In this document: in pieces, positions 121,531 to 132,043 of the stretch
How positions within the stretch are numbered: the stretch's first letter is position 1
Layout of the letters: each line of letters begins with the position of its first letter
NCBI RefSeq assembly: GCF_000737315.1
Contig: NZ_JMCB01000013.1
Span: 20,001-268,000 of the forward strand
DNA length: 248,000 nucleotides
DNA from: Hyalangium minutum
GTDB lineage: Bacteria; Myxococcota; Myxococcia; Myxococcales; Myxococcaceae
Reading direction: 5' to 3'
The notes under the pieces: model-generated
What the model was told of the DNA's origin: nothing
The model's input: the letters and a program-made list of their open reading frames with translations, nothing else
Database searches by the model: none
Made by a program: the position numbers and the translations under genes

Positions 121531-122688
121531 ATGAGCCCGTACGATCTTCCCGCAGTCCTCTATTGTGACGACGACGCCCTGAACCTGAGGGTGTTTGACG
121601 CGAACTTCGGGCAACGCTTCCGCATCTTCCGCTGCTCCTCGCCCAACGAGGCGCTGGCGATGCTGGAGCAGCGGCGCGGAGAGATTGGCGTCGTCATCTC
121701 CGATCAGCGCATGCCCGGCATGAGCGGCGTGGAGCTGCTGGAGCGTGCGCGCACGCTGGCGCCCGACGCCAAGCGCATGCTCGTCACCGCCTACGCGGAC
121801 CTGCAGGCCGTGGTGGACGCGGTGAACCGCGGCCAGGTGACGCGCTACTTCGTCAAGCCGTGGGATCGCGCGGAGATGCTCGCGGCGCTCGAGGATGCGC
121901 TGAAGATCGCGCGCCTGGAGCTGAAGATCCGCGAGGTGGAGAGCCGGATGATGAAGGCCGAGCGTCTGGCCACGCTCGGGCAGGTGACGGCCGGCATTGC
122001 CCATGAGCTGATGGGCCCGGTGGGCTACCTCTCGCAGAACGTGGCCGCGCTGCGCCGCGACATCGATCAGGTCATCGAGTACGTGAACAAGCACCTGGCC
122101 CAGGATCCGGACCGGGGCGTATCGGAGACGGTGAAGGATCTGCCCTCGCTCATCGGGGACCTGGTGACGGGCACCGAGCACCTGCGGCAGGTGGCGCATG
122201 GGCTCAAGGCGCAGGCGCGCGGCGATGAGACGGAGCAGGCCGCGGAGATCTCCGAAGTGGTCTCCTTCGCCGTGAAGCTGGCGCGCGCCGAGGTTCGCGA
122301 TCGCGCCCGCCTGACGAGCAACGGCGATCCCGTGCGCGTGCTGTTCGGCCCGGTGAAGCTCTGCCAGGTGATCCTCAACCTCGTGGTGAACGCCGCTCAG
122401 GCCATGGAGGGCATTGGCCGGCAAGGGAAGATCGACGTGCGGTGGGCCACGCAGGACCACAACGTCATCATCACCGTGGCGGACAACGGTTGTGGCATCC
122501 CCGTCGAGCTGCAGGAGAAGGTGTTCCAGCCACTCTTCACCACCAAGCCGGTGGGTATCGGCACGGGCTTGGGGCTCTCCATCTGCCGCGAGCTGGTGAC
122601 GCAGTACGGCGGCAAGCTCAAGCTCTCCTCGGTGCCGGGGGAGGGGACGGAGATCGAGATTTCCCTCATCAAGGCGCCGATGCCTTGA
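121531..122688 (+). CDS. asgA: REC-histidine kinase, probable AsgA
   Basis: N-terminal REC + C-terminal HK, 385 aa; length and position beside pdh and gltX match recalled M. xanthus asgA. Confidence 0.7.
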   Translation: MSPYDLPAVLYCDDDALNLRVFDANFGQRFRIFRCSSPNEALAMLEQRRGEIGVVISDQRMPGMSGVELLERARTLAPDAKRMLVTAYADLQAVVDAVNRGQVTRYFVKPWDRAEMLAALEDALKIARLELKIREVESRMMKAERLATLGQVTAGIAHELMGPVGYLSQNVAALRRDIDQVIEYVNKHLAQDPDRGVSETVKDLPSLIGDLVTGTEHLRQVAHGLKAQARGDETEQAAEISEVVSFAVKLARAEVRDRARLTSNGDPVRVLFGPVKLCQVILNLVVNAAQAMEGIGRQGKIDVRWATQDHNVIITVADNGCGIPVELQEKVFQPLFTTKPVGIGTGLGLSICRELVTQYGGKLKLSSVPGEGTEIEISLIKAPMP

Positions 122689-123379
122689 GGCCGAAGGCGT
122701 TGTGGAGCATGCGGCGCACGCGCCACATCGTCTCCACCTCGCTGGGGCGGACCTGATCCACCAGGACTGCGGTCCGCTCCTCGCGCTGCTCCTTCGGGCG
122801 CCCCTTCTTGGGCACAGCCTTCCACGTGACGCGGATGAAGTAGCGCCCGGGGGGGTGCTCGAACACGTCCACGGCCGTCACGTCGTCGAAGGGGATGGTC
122901 TCCAGCCGGGTCGCCGAGGGGGCCCAGGTCAGGCGCTCCAGCCGGAGCGTCTCCGTGGCGAAGTGCAGGACGAACCGCCGGCGCCCCAGCCGGGCCTCGA
123001 GCTTCAGCGCCGCCCCAATGAAGGCCGTGGCCACCAACCCCAGCCCCACCGGCCCCCCGTATCGGCTGGGGGCCACCACCAGCAGGGTGAGGCTGCACAG
123101 CGCACACAAGGCCGCCAGCATGATGCACAGCTCGGGGAGCAGGCGCTGGCTGACGGTGGGCGGCAGGCTTTGCCCTACCATGCGCCCTTCCTCGTACCTC
123201 AGGCGCACGTCTCCAACCCGAGGGGGGATCCGGTTCTCCGCCAGGGCGTCGGCAAAGCTCACACCTACAGCATAGGTCGTCTTCTCTCGTCGCTCGAAGT
123301 TACCTGCAAGCTGTGCGAATCTCTCCCCCAATGGATCTGCCGTTCGAAACGGAGGATGAGGCAGCGGGTGGGGGGACAC
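122669..123379 (-). CDS. Hypothetical membrane protein
   Basis: Two TM helices. Confidence 0.55.
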   Translation of the reverse strand: MSPHPLPHPPFRTADPLGERFAQLAGNFERREKTTYAVGVSFADALAENRIPPRVGDVRLRYEEGRMVGQSLPPTVSQRLLPELCIMLAALCALCSLTLLVVAPSRYGGPVGLGLVATAFIGAALKLEARLGRRRFVLHFATETLRLERLTWAPSATRLETIPFDDVTAVDVFEHPPGRYFIRVTWKAVPKKGRPKEQREERTAVLVDQVRPSEVETMWRVRRMLHNAFGLKASAP

Positions 123380-124296
123380 TCGCCTCGACCGTATTGGTAG
123401 TGGATGACGAGCCCGTCGTGCTGGACGTGTGCAGCCGGTTGCTGGCGCGCGAGCCAGACCTGGTCGTCACCCAAGCCACCAGCGCCGAGGAGGCCCTGCC
123501 GCTGCTGGAGTCCCAGCGCATCGACGTCCTCATCACCGACAAGAACCTGCCGCAGATGAGCGGCATCGAGCTCATCGCCGAGGCCCGTCGGCTCCAGCCC
123601 ACGCTGGAGGCGATGATGATCACCGGCTACGCCAGCTCGGAGTCGGTGATCGCCGCCTTCGCGGCCGGGGCCAGTGACTACATCCTCAAGCCGTTCGATG
123701 ACCTGCGCGTGCTGCGGGCCAAGGTCCGCTCGGCGCTCGAGCGGCGCACGGAGCGCATCAAGGGCCGTGAGCAGGCGCGGGACGTGGCCAGGCAGGCCGC
123801 CGCGCTCCTGGAGACAGGGCAGGACGCCCCGGAGCCCGCTCATCAGGCGCTCGAGGACGAGCTGCGCAGCTACGAGCAGACGGTGAAGAGCGGCGCCATG
123901 ACGGGCCGGGTGGCGGTGGTGGGCAGCCCCGAGGCCGTGCAGATGCTGGCTTCCGAGGGCTTCCAGGCGGTGGACTTGCCCGCCACCTCTCCGGAGCTGG
124001 AGCACTGCGACGTCGTCATCCTCGAAACGGGCGAGTCCCGGTGGCGGATGCTGGCGGAGATCCTCCAGTCTCGCTCTCCGGACGTGCTCCTGTTGGCCAA
124101 CCCCCAGGCGGACCTGTCGGACCTGCTGGAGGCCATCGGCCTGCGACTGGACCTGGTGGGCTTTGGCTCCTCGGCGGGCACCCAGGCCCTGCCGGAGCGG
124201 GTGAGGATGCTGCTGGTGAGCCGGAGCATCCAGCGGGCGCAGACGCGGCTCGCCAACGCCCTGCTGCTCTTCCACCGCAGCATCTCCCGCCGCTGA
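123313..124296 (+). CDS. Response regulator with C-terminal domain of unknown function
   Basis: VVDDE, TDKNLP, KPF. Confidence 0.85.
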   Translation: MRISPPMDLPFETEDEAAGGGTLASTVLVVDDEPVVLDVCSRLLAREPDLVVTQATSAEEALPLLESQRIDVLITDKNLPQMSGIELIAEARRLQPTLEAMMITGYASSESVIAAFAAGASDYILKPFDDLRVLRAKVRSALERRTERIKGREQARDVARQAAALLETGQDAPEPAHQALEDELRSYEQTVKSGAMTGRVAVVGSPEAVQMLASEGFQAVDLPATSPELEHCDVVILETGESRWRMLAEILQSRSPDVLLLANPQADLSDLLEAIGLRLDLVGFGSSAGTQALPERVRMLLVSRSIQRAQTRLANALLLFHRSISRR

Positions 124297-124396
124297 GCTG
124301 AACCCGAGGCGCCAGGAAAACCTGGCGCTTGGACTCGCTCGCAGACCCGCAAAAGCGAAGCGCCCGCTCTCCACGAGGAAGAGCGGGCGCCTCAGT

Positions 124397-124468
124397 TGAC
124401 CCTGCCGGGATTCGAACCCGAGTTTGTGCCGTGAGAGGGCACCGTCCTAACCACTAGACGACAGGGCC
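124397..124468 (-). tRNA. tRNA-Glu(CTC)
   Basis: Cloverleaf; anticodon arm GTGCC-CTCTCAC-GGCAC; GGTTCGAATCC. Confidence 0.95.
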
Positions 124469-124527
124469 GTTCAACTGCGCCTTCAAGTATCGCTTCGGCA
124501 TCCTTGCGTCAACCGAAGTTTTTCGAG

Positions 124528-124598
124528 CTGGGGAACTAGGATTCGAACCTAGATAAGCAGAGTCAGAGTCTGCTGTCCTGCCGTTAGACGATTCCCCA
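124528..124598 (-). tRNA. tRNA-Gln(CTG)
   Basis: TGGGGAATCGTCTAACGG...; anticodon arm GCAGA-CTCTGAC-TCTGC. Confidence 0.95.
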
Positions 124599-124665
124599 AG
124601 AGCTGCCGTGCTGCGTGCTGCCGACTTCGAAACCTCTCCTACCACAACTCGCCGGGCTTCGTGAA

Positions 124666-125085
124666 CTACCGAGTTTTCTTCCCCGACTTCGTCTCCGGCG
124701 TCTTCCTGACGGGAGCCTGCTTCGGAGGCGCAGGCACCGGAACGACATAGATGCGAACCTCGTCGTTCGCTTCATAAATGTTCAACCCGTCGAAGTTCTT
124801 CCCCGAGGGGTTGACGATGTGCACCGCCTTCACGCCCGGCTGGTTGACGATCGGCTTTCGAGGATACGCCTGAGACGGATACACCGTCCGATAGTACTTC
124901 AGCGTCTCCTCATAGCCCTGCGGCGCCCGATACCTGTTCTCGCCCACCCTCTGCGCGCCGTCGGGGAGCTGCGCCCCGCTGACCGTCTCCGCCCCCGCCC
125001 CCGTCACCCACAGGACGGCCACAGCCGCCCAGAGCGGGCGCGGCTTATAGAAACGGCTCTTCAGGCTGTCAAGCGCTCGCGACAT
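124666..125085 (-). CDS. Small exported hypothetical protein
   Basis: Signal-like segment; basic tail. Confidence 0.65.
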   Translation of the reverse strand: MSRALDSLKSRFYKPRPLWAAVAVLWVTGAGAETVSGAQLPDGAQRVGENRYRAPQGYEETLKYYRTVYPSQAYPRKPIVNQPGVKAVHIVNPSGKNFDGLNIYEANDEVRIYVVPVPAPPKQAPVRKTPETKSGKKTR

Positions 125086-125151
125086 GGGGCGGCAAGATAG
125101 GGCCCGGCTGCGGCGTCGTCTACCGCCATCGCACGGGCCCCGGTTCAGGTG

Positions 125152-126582
125152 TCAGCCGCGTGCCAGGGCCGCATCCAGCCGGCGCAGGGCCTCGTCCTTG
125201 CCCATGAGGAGCAGCGTCTCGCCGATGCCCGGGCTCACCGTGTTGCCGGTGATGGCCACCCGGATGGGCTGCGCCACCTTGCCCATGCCCACGCCTGCTT
125301 TCTCGCTCACCGTCTTGATGACCGAGTCCAGGCCCGCCACGGTCCACTCCGGCATGGCCGCCACCTCGTCGCGCACCTGCCGGACGAGCTTCAGCGAATC
125401 CGCCGTGAGGTGCTTGGCCGCCGCCTTCTCGTCCAGCGTCACGCCCTGGAGCAGGTAGGGCACGGCCATGGTGGCCATCTCCTCCAGCGTCTTGGCGCGC
125501 TCGCGGAAGGCGATGACGAAGTGCTCCAGGCGCGCGTCGTCCGCGGGCAGCGCGTGGCCCTTGTCCGCGAGGAACGGCGCCAGCCGCCGGGCGATGTCCG
125601 CCGGGGGCAGCGTCTTCAGGTAGTGCTGGTTCAGCCACAGCAGCTTGTCCGGGTTCCACACGCCGGAGGTGCTGCCCACATCCTTGAAGTCGAACCACTC
125701 GACCATCTGCTGGCGGGAGATGACCTCGTCGTTGCCGTGGCTCCAGCCCAGGCGGATGACGAAGTTGAGCAGGGCCTCCGGGAGGATCCCGTTGGCCTTG
125801 TGCAACATGACGTCCGCCTCCTTGTGCTTGCGCTTGGAGAGCTTCTCGCGGTCCGGCCCGAGGATGAGCGGCAGGTGCGCGAACTGCGGCGGTTGCCACC
125901 CGAACGCCTGGTAGAGCATCAGCTGGGGGAAGGTGGAGTTCACGTGCTCCTGCCCGCGCGACACCAGGGTGATCTCCATCAGGTGATCGTCGAGGACGCA
126001 GCCGTAGTTGTAGAGGGGGATGCCGTCGCCGCGCATCATGACCCAGTCATCCAGGTCCGAGTACTCCTTGGTGATCTTCCCCAGCACCAGGTCGTCGAAC
126101 GAGACGGAGCCCTCTTGCGAGGGCATCTTGAAGCGAATCACGTGGTGGCGCCCCTCGGGAGCGTCCTTGCGCTCGCGGCAGGTGCCCTCGTACTTGTAGG
126201 TGCGGCCCTCCTTCTCCGCCTGGGCGCGGCGCTCCTTGAGCTCCTCCTGGGTGCAGTAGCACCGGTAGGCCTTGCCCGCGGCGATGAGCTGATCGATGTG
126301 CTGGCGGTAGGTGTCCAGCCGCTGCGTCTGGAAGTAGGGCGGGAAGGGGCCGCCCTTGTCGGGGCCCTCGTCCCAGTCGATGTCCAGCCACTTGAGCCCG
126401 TCCAGGATGGCCTTCAGCGAGGCCTCCGTGGAGCGCTCCAGGTCCGTGTCCTCGATGCGCAGGATGAACGTGCCGCCGAAGCGGCGCGCATAGAGGTAGT
126501 TGAACAGCGCGGTCCGGGCGCCACCAATGTGCAGGTAGCCGGTAGGAGAGGGTGCGAAACGTACGCGGTGAGCGGAGGCCAT
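125152..126582 (-). CDS. gltX: Glutamate--tRNA ligase
   Basis: RFAPSPTG, HIGG, KLSKR. Confidence 0.97.
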   Translation of the reverse strand: MASAHRVRFAPSPTGYLHIGGARTALFNYLYARRFGGTFILRIEDTDLERSTEASLKAILDGLKWLDIDWDEGPDKGGPFPPYFQTQRLDTYRQHIDQLIAAGKAYRCYCTQEELKERRAQAEKEGRTYKYEGTCRERKDAPEGRHHVIRFKMPSQEGSVSFDDLVLGKITKEYSDLDDWVMMRGDGIPLYNYGCVLDDHLMEITLVSRGQEHVNSTFPQLMLYQAFGWQPPQFAHLPLILGPDREKLSKRKHKEADVMLHKANGILPEALLNFVIRLGWSHGNDEVISRQQMVEWFDFKDVGSTSGVWNPDKLLWLNQHYLKTLPPADIARRLAPFLADKGHALPADDARLEHFVIAFRERAKTLEEMATMAVPYLLQGVTLDEKAAAKHLTADSLKLVRQVRDEVAAMPEWTVAGLDSVIKTVSEKAGVGMGKVAQPIRVAITGNTVSPGIGETLLLMGKDEALRRLDAALARG

Positions 126583-126694
126583 ATGAGGAGGCGCGGATTA
126601 GCAAGCGGGGGGATGACTGGTCAACGCGTGTCCAACAGTGAGCCGAGCGTTGCTGGAACCCATGGGCTACACTGACGGCAACAGAGGTGACCTG

Positions 126695-127270
126695 ATGACA
126701 CTCCGCACCATGATCTCCGCGCTCCTGGCCGTCGCCCTGCTGGCCGGGCTGCCAGCAGCCGCCACGACGATGCTCCGAATCGACCTGCCCGAGCTGGCCC
126801 AGGGCTCTGACACCGTGGTCCATGGCACCGTGCGCCGCACGGAGAGCCGGTGGAGCGCGGACAAGCGCCGCATCGTCACCGATGTGGAGATTGAAGTGGC
126901 GGAGACGCTCAAGGGGCAGGCGGGCAACACGGTGCTCGTCGTCCAGCCAGGGGGCCGGGTAGGGGACATTGGCCAGGTCGTCCACGGGCTGGCCTCGTTC
127001 TCCGAGGGCGAGGAGGTGGTGGTGTTCCTCGAGCGCCGCGGCACGAGCGCCTTCCGCGTCATGGGCATGGCCCAGGGCAAGTACCAGGTTCGCCGCTCCG
127101 CCGATGACCGCTCGGCGCTTGCTGTGCCGGACAACACGGGGGACGCGCTGCTGCTGGACCCGTCGACGCGCCAGCCGAGCACCACCGCGCAGCGGACGCT
127201 CACGCTCGACGAGCTCAAGGCCGCCATCAAGACCGCCTTGCAGCAGCCAGGGCAGGAGAAGCGCCAGTGA
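126695..127270 (+). CDS. Exported protein, partner of downstream metalloproteases
   Basis: Signal peptide; L.ELA..SD.VV pattern shared with 91574. Confidence 0.7.
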   Translation: MTLRTMISALLAVALLAGLPAAATTMLRIDLPELAQGSDTVVHGTVRRTESRWSADKRRIVTDVEIEVAETLKGQAGNTVLVVQPGGRVGDIGQVVHGLASFSEGEEVVVFLERRGTSAFRVMGMAQGKYQVRRSADDRSALAVPDNTGDALLLDPSTRQPSTTAQRTLTLDELKAAIKTALQQPGQEKRQ

Positions 127271-128163
127271 TGATTCCCGCATTGGTACTCGCCCTCTCGC
127301 TGGGCCAGGTCTCCTCGGCTCCCTATGCGCGCAGCCGCGCCGATGCGGGCGATTCCTCGTCGCAGTGCCTCTTCTGGACGGTGCCGAAGATCACCTGGTA
127401 CCAGAGCTCCGTCGGCAACCCGCCGACGAAGCCCGCAGGCTCCGAGTTCGATGCCGTCCGCCGCTCCTTCCAGAACTGGCAGGAGGTCTTCTCCTCGTGC
127501 GGCAACCTCTCCATGGCGGAGGGGGGCACGGTGAATGACCGAGAGGTGGGCTACGAGGTGGGCGGTGACAACCGCAACCTCGTGCTCTTCCGCCAGCGCC
127601 GGTGCTCGGAGGTGGCGCCGTCCAATGACTCCTGCTGGACTGACGACGTCTGCGGCAACAAGTACGACTGCTGGAGCAATGACAGCCAGACGATCGCCGT
127701 CACCCTCACCACGTACGACGAGATCTCCGGCATCATCTACGACTCGGACATCGAGCTGAACACGCCGGGCTTCTACTTCACCACGTCGGATGGGCCGCTC
127801 TGCAATCTGCCGGTGACGACCACCCACTGTGTCTCCACCGACGTGGAGAACACGATGACGCACGAGATCGGTCACTTCATCGGACTGGACCACACCACCT
127901 ACCTGGGCTCGACGATGAACCCTCGGGCTCAGCCCGGAGAGACGTCCAAGCGGACCATCGATCAGGGCTCCAAGGACTTCGTCTGCGCGGCGTATCCGAA
128001 GGGGAAGCCCAGCGTGGCCTGCATCCATCCCACCACGGAGCAGACGCTGGGGCGCAAGGCCGCGCTGGCGGGCTGCTCCAGCGCCGGGGCCGAGGCGTGG
128101 TTGCCCGCGCTGGCGGGTTGGGTCCTGCTGGCCGTGCGCCGCCGCCGGGGGGCTGGCGCGTGA
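127267..128163 (+). CDS. Myxosortase-type matrixin-like metalloprotease
   Basis: HEIGHFIGLDH, STM Met-turn, GCS + TM + RRRR tail. Confidence 0.85.
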   Translation: MMIPALVLALSLGQVSSAPYARSRADAGDSSSQCLFWTVPKITWYQSSVGNPPTKPAGSEFDAVRRSFQNWQEVFSSCGNLSMAEGGTVNDREVGYEVGGDNRNLVLFRQRRCSEVAPSNDSCWTDDVCGNKYDCWSNDSQTIAVTLTTYDEISGIIYDSDIELNTPGFYFTTSDGPLCNLPVTTTHCVSTDVENTMTHEIGHFIGLDHTTYLGSTMNPRAQPGETSKRTIDQGSKDFVCAAYPKGKPSVACIHPTTEQTLGRKAALAGCSSAGAEAWLPALAGWVLLAVRRRRGAGA

Positions 128164-129071
128164 GCCGTCTCCTGCCGCTCCTGCTGGCGGTCCTGTTCAT
128201 GGCGCCTGCCGCGGGAGCGCAGGTCTACCGGCGCACCGCGGTGCCCGGCCAGCCGCTGTGCCTCAACTGGCTCAGCCGCGAGTTCGTCTACCACGTCGAC
128301 TCCCAGGGCAGCCTCCGCACGCCCCGGGACACCGAGTTCCCCGCCATCGAAGCCTCGTTCGACACTTGGCGGACGCTCTCGGCGACGTGCAGTGACTTCA
128401 CCTTCGTCCGCGGCCCGGACGTGGACCGCCCCTTCGTGGGCTATGACAAGACCCCGGGCGCGGAGAACCAGAACGTCATCACCTTCCGGGAGACCGCTTG
128501 CCGGGATGTCGTTCCGTTCGATGATCCGTGCATCGACGCGGAGACCTGCGCGAACGATTTCTCCTGCTGGGAGCATGGGGACCTGACCATTGGGCTCACC
128601 ACGACGACTTTCAGCTTCAAGAACGGCGTCATCCTGGACGCGGACATCGAGCTCAATGCCTCGCAGCCCGGAGGCAACCTGGGCTTCCTCTTTACCGTCG
128701 TCAGCTCCCCGCTCTGCGAGGGCCTCCCCAACCCGGACTGCGTGGCCATAGACCTGCAGAACACGCTGACCCATGAGATTGGCCACGCCATGGGGCTTGA
128801 TCACGTGTTCGAGCCGCTCTCCACCATGGAGGCCTCAGCACCCCCAGGTGAGACGACGAAGCGGATCCTCGATGTGGGCACCTCCGCAGGCTTCTGTGAC
128901 ACGTACCCGCGCGGTCTGCCTCCCACGCAGTGCACCGCGCTCGGCGTGTCGAGCAAGAACCTCTTGGCCCAGAGCGCGGGGACTACCTGCGCGGCGGCCC
129001 CGGGAGGGCTGCTGCCCGGTGTGCTGCTGAGCCTGTGGATGCTCCGGCTCCGGCGCAGGGCTCGCCGCTAG
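128160..129071 (+). CDS. Myxosortase-type matrixin-like metalloprotease
   Basis: HEIGHAMGLDH, STM, C-terminal Cys + TM + basic tail. Confidence 0.85.
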   Translation: MSRLLPLLLAVLFMAPAAGAQVYRRTAVPGQPLCLNWLSREFVYHVDSQGSLRTPRDTEFPAIEASFDTWRTLSATCSDFTFVRGPDVDRPFVGYDKTPGAENQNVITFRETACRDVVPFDDPCIDAETCANDFSCWEHGDLTIGLTTTTFSFKNGVILDADIELNASQPGGNLGFLFTVVSSPLCEGLPNPDCVAIDLQNTLTHEIGHAMGLDHVFEPLSTMEASAPPGETTKRILDVGTSAGFCDTYPRGLPPTQCTALGVSSKNLLAQSAGTTCAAAPGGLLPGVLLSLWMLRLRRRARR

Positions 129072-129080
129072 GGGGCGCCC

Positions 129081-129800
129081 ATGGGCGTCGCGTTCTTCGA
129101 TCTCGACAAGACGCTGCTCGCGGTGAACTCCGCCACGCTGTGGATCCGCCGTGAGGTGGCCCTGGGCCACATCTCCCGTCTTCAGGCACTTCGCGCCAGC
129201 CTGTGGATCGCCCGCTACCACCTGGGCTTCGTCTCCATGCAGGACGCGGTGGTCGCGGCCATTGCCCAGCTGGCGGGCACCTCGGCTCAGGCGCTCCAGG
129301 ATCGCACCACCGCCTTCTATGAGGCGCAGGTCCGTCCGCTCTATCGCCCCGGCGCCCTTCGCGCCGTCGAAGAGCATCGCGGCGCGGGAGATCGGCTGGT
129401 GCTGCTGACGTCCTCCTCGGGCTACCTCTCAGAGCTCGTCTTGCGCGATCTGCGCCTGGACGCCATCCTCTGCAACCGCTTCGAGGTGGATGCGCACGGC
129501 CTGCACACCGGCCGTCCTCTGGGAGATGTCTGCTTCGGATCGGGCAAGCTCACCCACGCGGAGCGCTACTCCCGGGAGGCGGGCTTCGCGCTGTCCCAGT
129601 GCTCCTTCTATACGGACTCGTATTCGGATCTGCCCGTGCTGGAGGTGGTGGGGAGGCCCGTGGCCGTGCACCCGGACTACCGCCTGCGCCGCGAGGCGGT
129701 GCGGCGCGGCTGGCCGGTGGTGGACTGGGGTGTGCCCTCCATCGGGGCCCCGGCCGCCGGTTCGCCTGCGTCTCCGCAGGCGGGCTCCGGCGCCGGGTGA
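129081..129800 (+). CDS. HAD-IB (SerB-like) hydrolase
   Basis: FDLDKTL, YTDSYSD. Confidence 0.88.
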   Translation: MGVAFFDLDKTLLAVNSATLWIRREVALGHISRLQALRASLWIARYHLGFVSMQDAVVAAIAQLAGTSAQALQDRTTAFYEAQVRPLYRPGALRAVEEHRGAGDRLVLLTSSSGYLSELVLRDLRLDAILCNRFEVDAHGLHTGRPLGDVCFGSGKLTHAERYSREAGFALSQCSFYTDSYSDLPVLEVVGRPVAVHPDYRLRREAVRRGWPVVDWGVPSIGAPAAGSPASPQAGSGAG

Positions 129801-129807
129801 GCGGCGC

Positions 129808-131808
129808 TCAGCGCCGCGGCATCTGCAACTTGATGTTGAACACGTAGTCCACCGCGACCACCTGGCCCTTATAGAGGATGGGCTTGTAGACGCGCGACAG
129901 CAGCGCCGCCACCACCGTCTGCTCCATGAGCGGCACGGACTTGAGCACGCGGCAGCTCTGCACGCGGCCCTCGCGGGTGATGGTGCACTTCACCAGCATG
130001 GTTCCCTGCACCCGGGCCGCCAGCGCCTCGCGGGTATAGGTGATCTCCTTGCCTTCGAGCTGCTCCGGCCGGCTCATGCCATCGCCGTACGGCATGGGCT
130101 TGGCGCCCGCCGCAGCGAGCACGTTGGCCGGGAGCACCTGCACGGCCCCCCCGCTGCCTGACGTCTCCGTGGGAGCGTTGTCGGAATCGGCCGCCTTGGC
130201 CACGGGCGCCGAGGGCGCCAGGGACTCCGCCGGATGCAGCGAGGCCATGGAGGTGGCGGGCTCCAGGCTGGAGCCGCGCGCACTGGCGAACTCGGTCCTC
130301 GAGCCCGGCAGGCCTCCCCGGCGCCTCTGCAGCTTCTGCGAGAGCACCACGTCTCCCGAGCCACCGGTGATCACGGCCTCGGTCTGGTAGCCCTCGAGCG
130401 CGAAGACGAGCTCGGCCGTCACCGTGCCGTCGCCGCCCGCGGGGAGCTCCAGGACGAACGGCGTCGTGCCGCGCTCCTTGCCCTGGTAATAGACGCGCGC
130501 GCCCGTGGGCTCGCTCATGAGGCGGAAGCGCACCTTCTGGGGCGCCGCCTGCGTGGGCTCGGGCGCGGCCGGGGGAGGCGTCGAGGGAGCCGGGGCCGCC
130601 GCGGGCGTTGCCTCGGCCACCACGGGTGCGGCGGGAGGGGCCTCCTTCGGGCGCATCACGGCGAACGTCGTCCCCAGCCCGAGGACGATGGCACCCCCAG
130701 CCAGCGCCAGGGCCAGCGTCTTGCGCTTGCGGCCCTTGGCCGCCGACTCGGGCTCCTCGACGCTGATGTCCAGCGCCAGGGTGGAAGAGCTGGTGTCCGT
130801 GGCTGCGGCGGACGCGAAGGCAGGGGAGGGGTGGGGGCCCGTGGTCGCCCCGGCACCGGGACGCTTGAAGATGCCGCTGTGGCCACCGGCGGCCATGTTG
130901 GCCGTCCGCAGCGCCTCCAGCATCTCGTCCATGGACTGGTAGCGCCGCGCGGGATCCTTCTCCAGGCAGCGCATCACCACGTGCTCGATGTCCGCGGGTA
131001 CGGGGTGGTGCGGCCGCAGCGAGTTGAAGGGCGGAGGCGGCTCCTTGCAGTGCGCGAAGATGAGCTCCAGGTGGTCCCGCGCGATGAACGGTGGGCGGCC
131101 CTGCAGCATCTGGTACATCACCACGCCCAGCGAGTAGATGTCGCTGCGCGCGTCCGACACGTTGCGCGCCTGCTCCGGAGCCATGTACTGCGGCGAGCCG
131201 AGGAACGTGCCGCTCTGGGTGATCTCCGGGTTGAGTGCCGCCTGGGCCTCATTCTCGGCGATGTACTTCACCAGGCCGAAGTCCAGCACCTTCACCAGAT
131301 CCTGGTCCGACTCATTCAGGAGCATGATGTTGGCGGGCTTCAGGTCCCGGTGGACGATGCCGATGCCGTGGGCCTCGCGCAGGGAGCGACAGACCTGTTG
131401 CACGATGGCAATCACCCGGCTCCACGGCAGGGAGCCAGATTGGGCGAGCGCCTGCGCAAGTGTCCTACCCTCCAGGTACTCCATGGCGATGTAGTAGATG
131501 CCGTCTTCGCTCTGGCCGTAGTCGATCACCGTCACCGTATTGGGGTGGCGGAGCTTGGACGTGAGCGAGGCCTCGCGCAGGAAGCGCTGCTGAAAGCCGG
131601 GATCCTTGGTGCTGGGGAAGCTGGGGTTGAGGACCTTGAGCGCCACCACCCGGTCCAGCGGGGCCTGCATGGCCTTGTACACCTTGCCCATGCCGCCGAT
131701 GCCAATCGGCTCGGTGATGCTGAAGCGACCATTGAGTGTCCGGCCAACGAGCGGATCCCCCCCGGGGGTCGCAACGGCCTCAGTGCTCGGAGCGTCACTC
131801 TTGATCAT
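129808..131808 (-). CDS. Ser/Thr kinase with TM, PEGA-like and TonB C-terminal domain
   Basis: HRDLKPAN, DFG; QGTMLVKCTITREGRV TonB_C. Confidence 0.9.
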   Translation of the reverse strand: MIKSDAPSTEAVATPGGDPLVGRTLNGRFSITEPIGIGGMGKVYKAMQAPLDRVVALKVLNPSFPSTKDPGFQQRFLREASLTSKLRHPNTVTVIDYGQSEDGIYYIAMEYLEGRTLAQALAQSGSLPWSRVIAIVQQVCRSLREAHGIGIVHRDLKPANIMLLNESDQDLVKVLDFGLVKYIAENEAQAALNPEITQSGTFLGSPQYMAPEQARNVSDARSDIYSLGVVMYQMLQGRPPFIARDHLELIFAHCKEPPPPFNSLRPHHPVPADIEHVVMRCLEKDPARRYQSMDEMLEALRTANMAAGGHSGIFKRPGAGATTGPHPSPAFASAAATDTSSSTLALDISVEEPESAAKGRKRKTLALALAGGAIVLGLGTTFAVMRPKEAPPAAPVVAEATPAAAPAPSTPPPAAPEPTQAAPQKVRFRLMSEPTGARVYYQGKERGTTPFVLELPAGGDGTVTAELVFALEGYQTEAVITGGSGDVVLSQKLQRRRGGLPGSRTEFASARGSSLEPATSMASLHPAESLAPSAPVAKAADSDNAPTETSGSGGAVQVLPANVLAAAGAKPMPYGDGMSRPEQLEGKEITYTREALAARVQGTMLVKCTITREGRVQSCRVLKSVPLMEQTVVAALLSRVYKPILYKGQVVAVDYVFNIKLQMPRR

Positions 131809-132043
131809 TCCTGCCCCCTGCCTGCAAACGACATCCATGCCTCCGTCCCGGGTCCCGGTGACCATCAAACCACAACCGCAAGTCCGCCGCGATCACCGCC
131901 CAGCACCCACCGTATCAGGTCGGACACAGCGTTTTGGAGCAGCCGAGGAAGCGACCTTGGCCGCTCGCCCGCATTGACGGTCCTCCATTGGGCAGACTAC
132001 GTTTCGGACTTACCCGAGCCCGATTTTCGGGTGGGTCTCCCCG

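Noticed and set aside
124397-124598. tRNA-anchored genomic island
   Set aside because: No integrase or duplicated tRNA 3' end, and the flanks are core genes.
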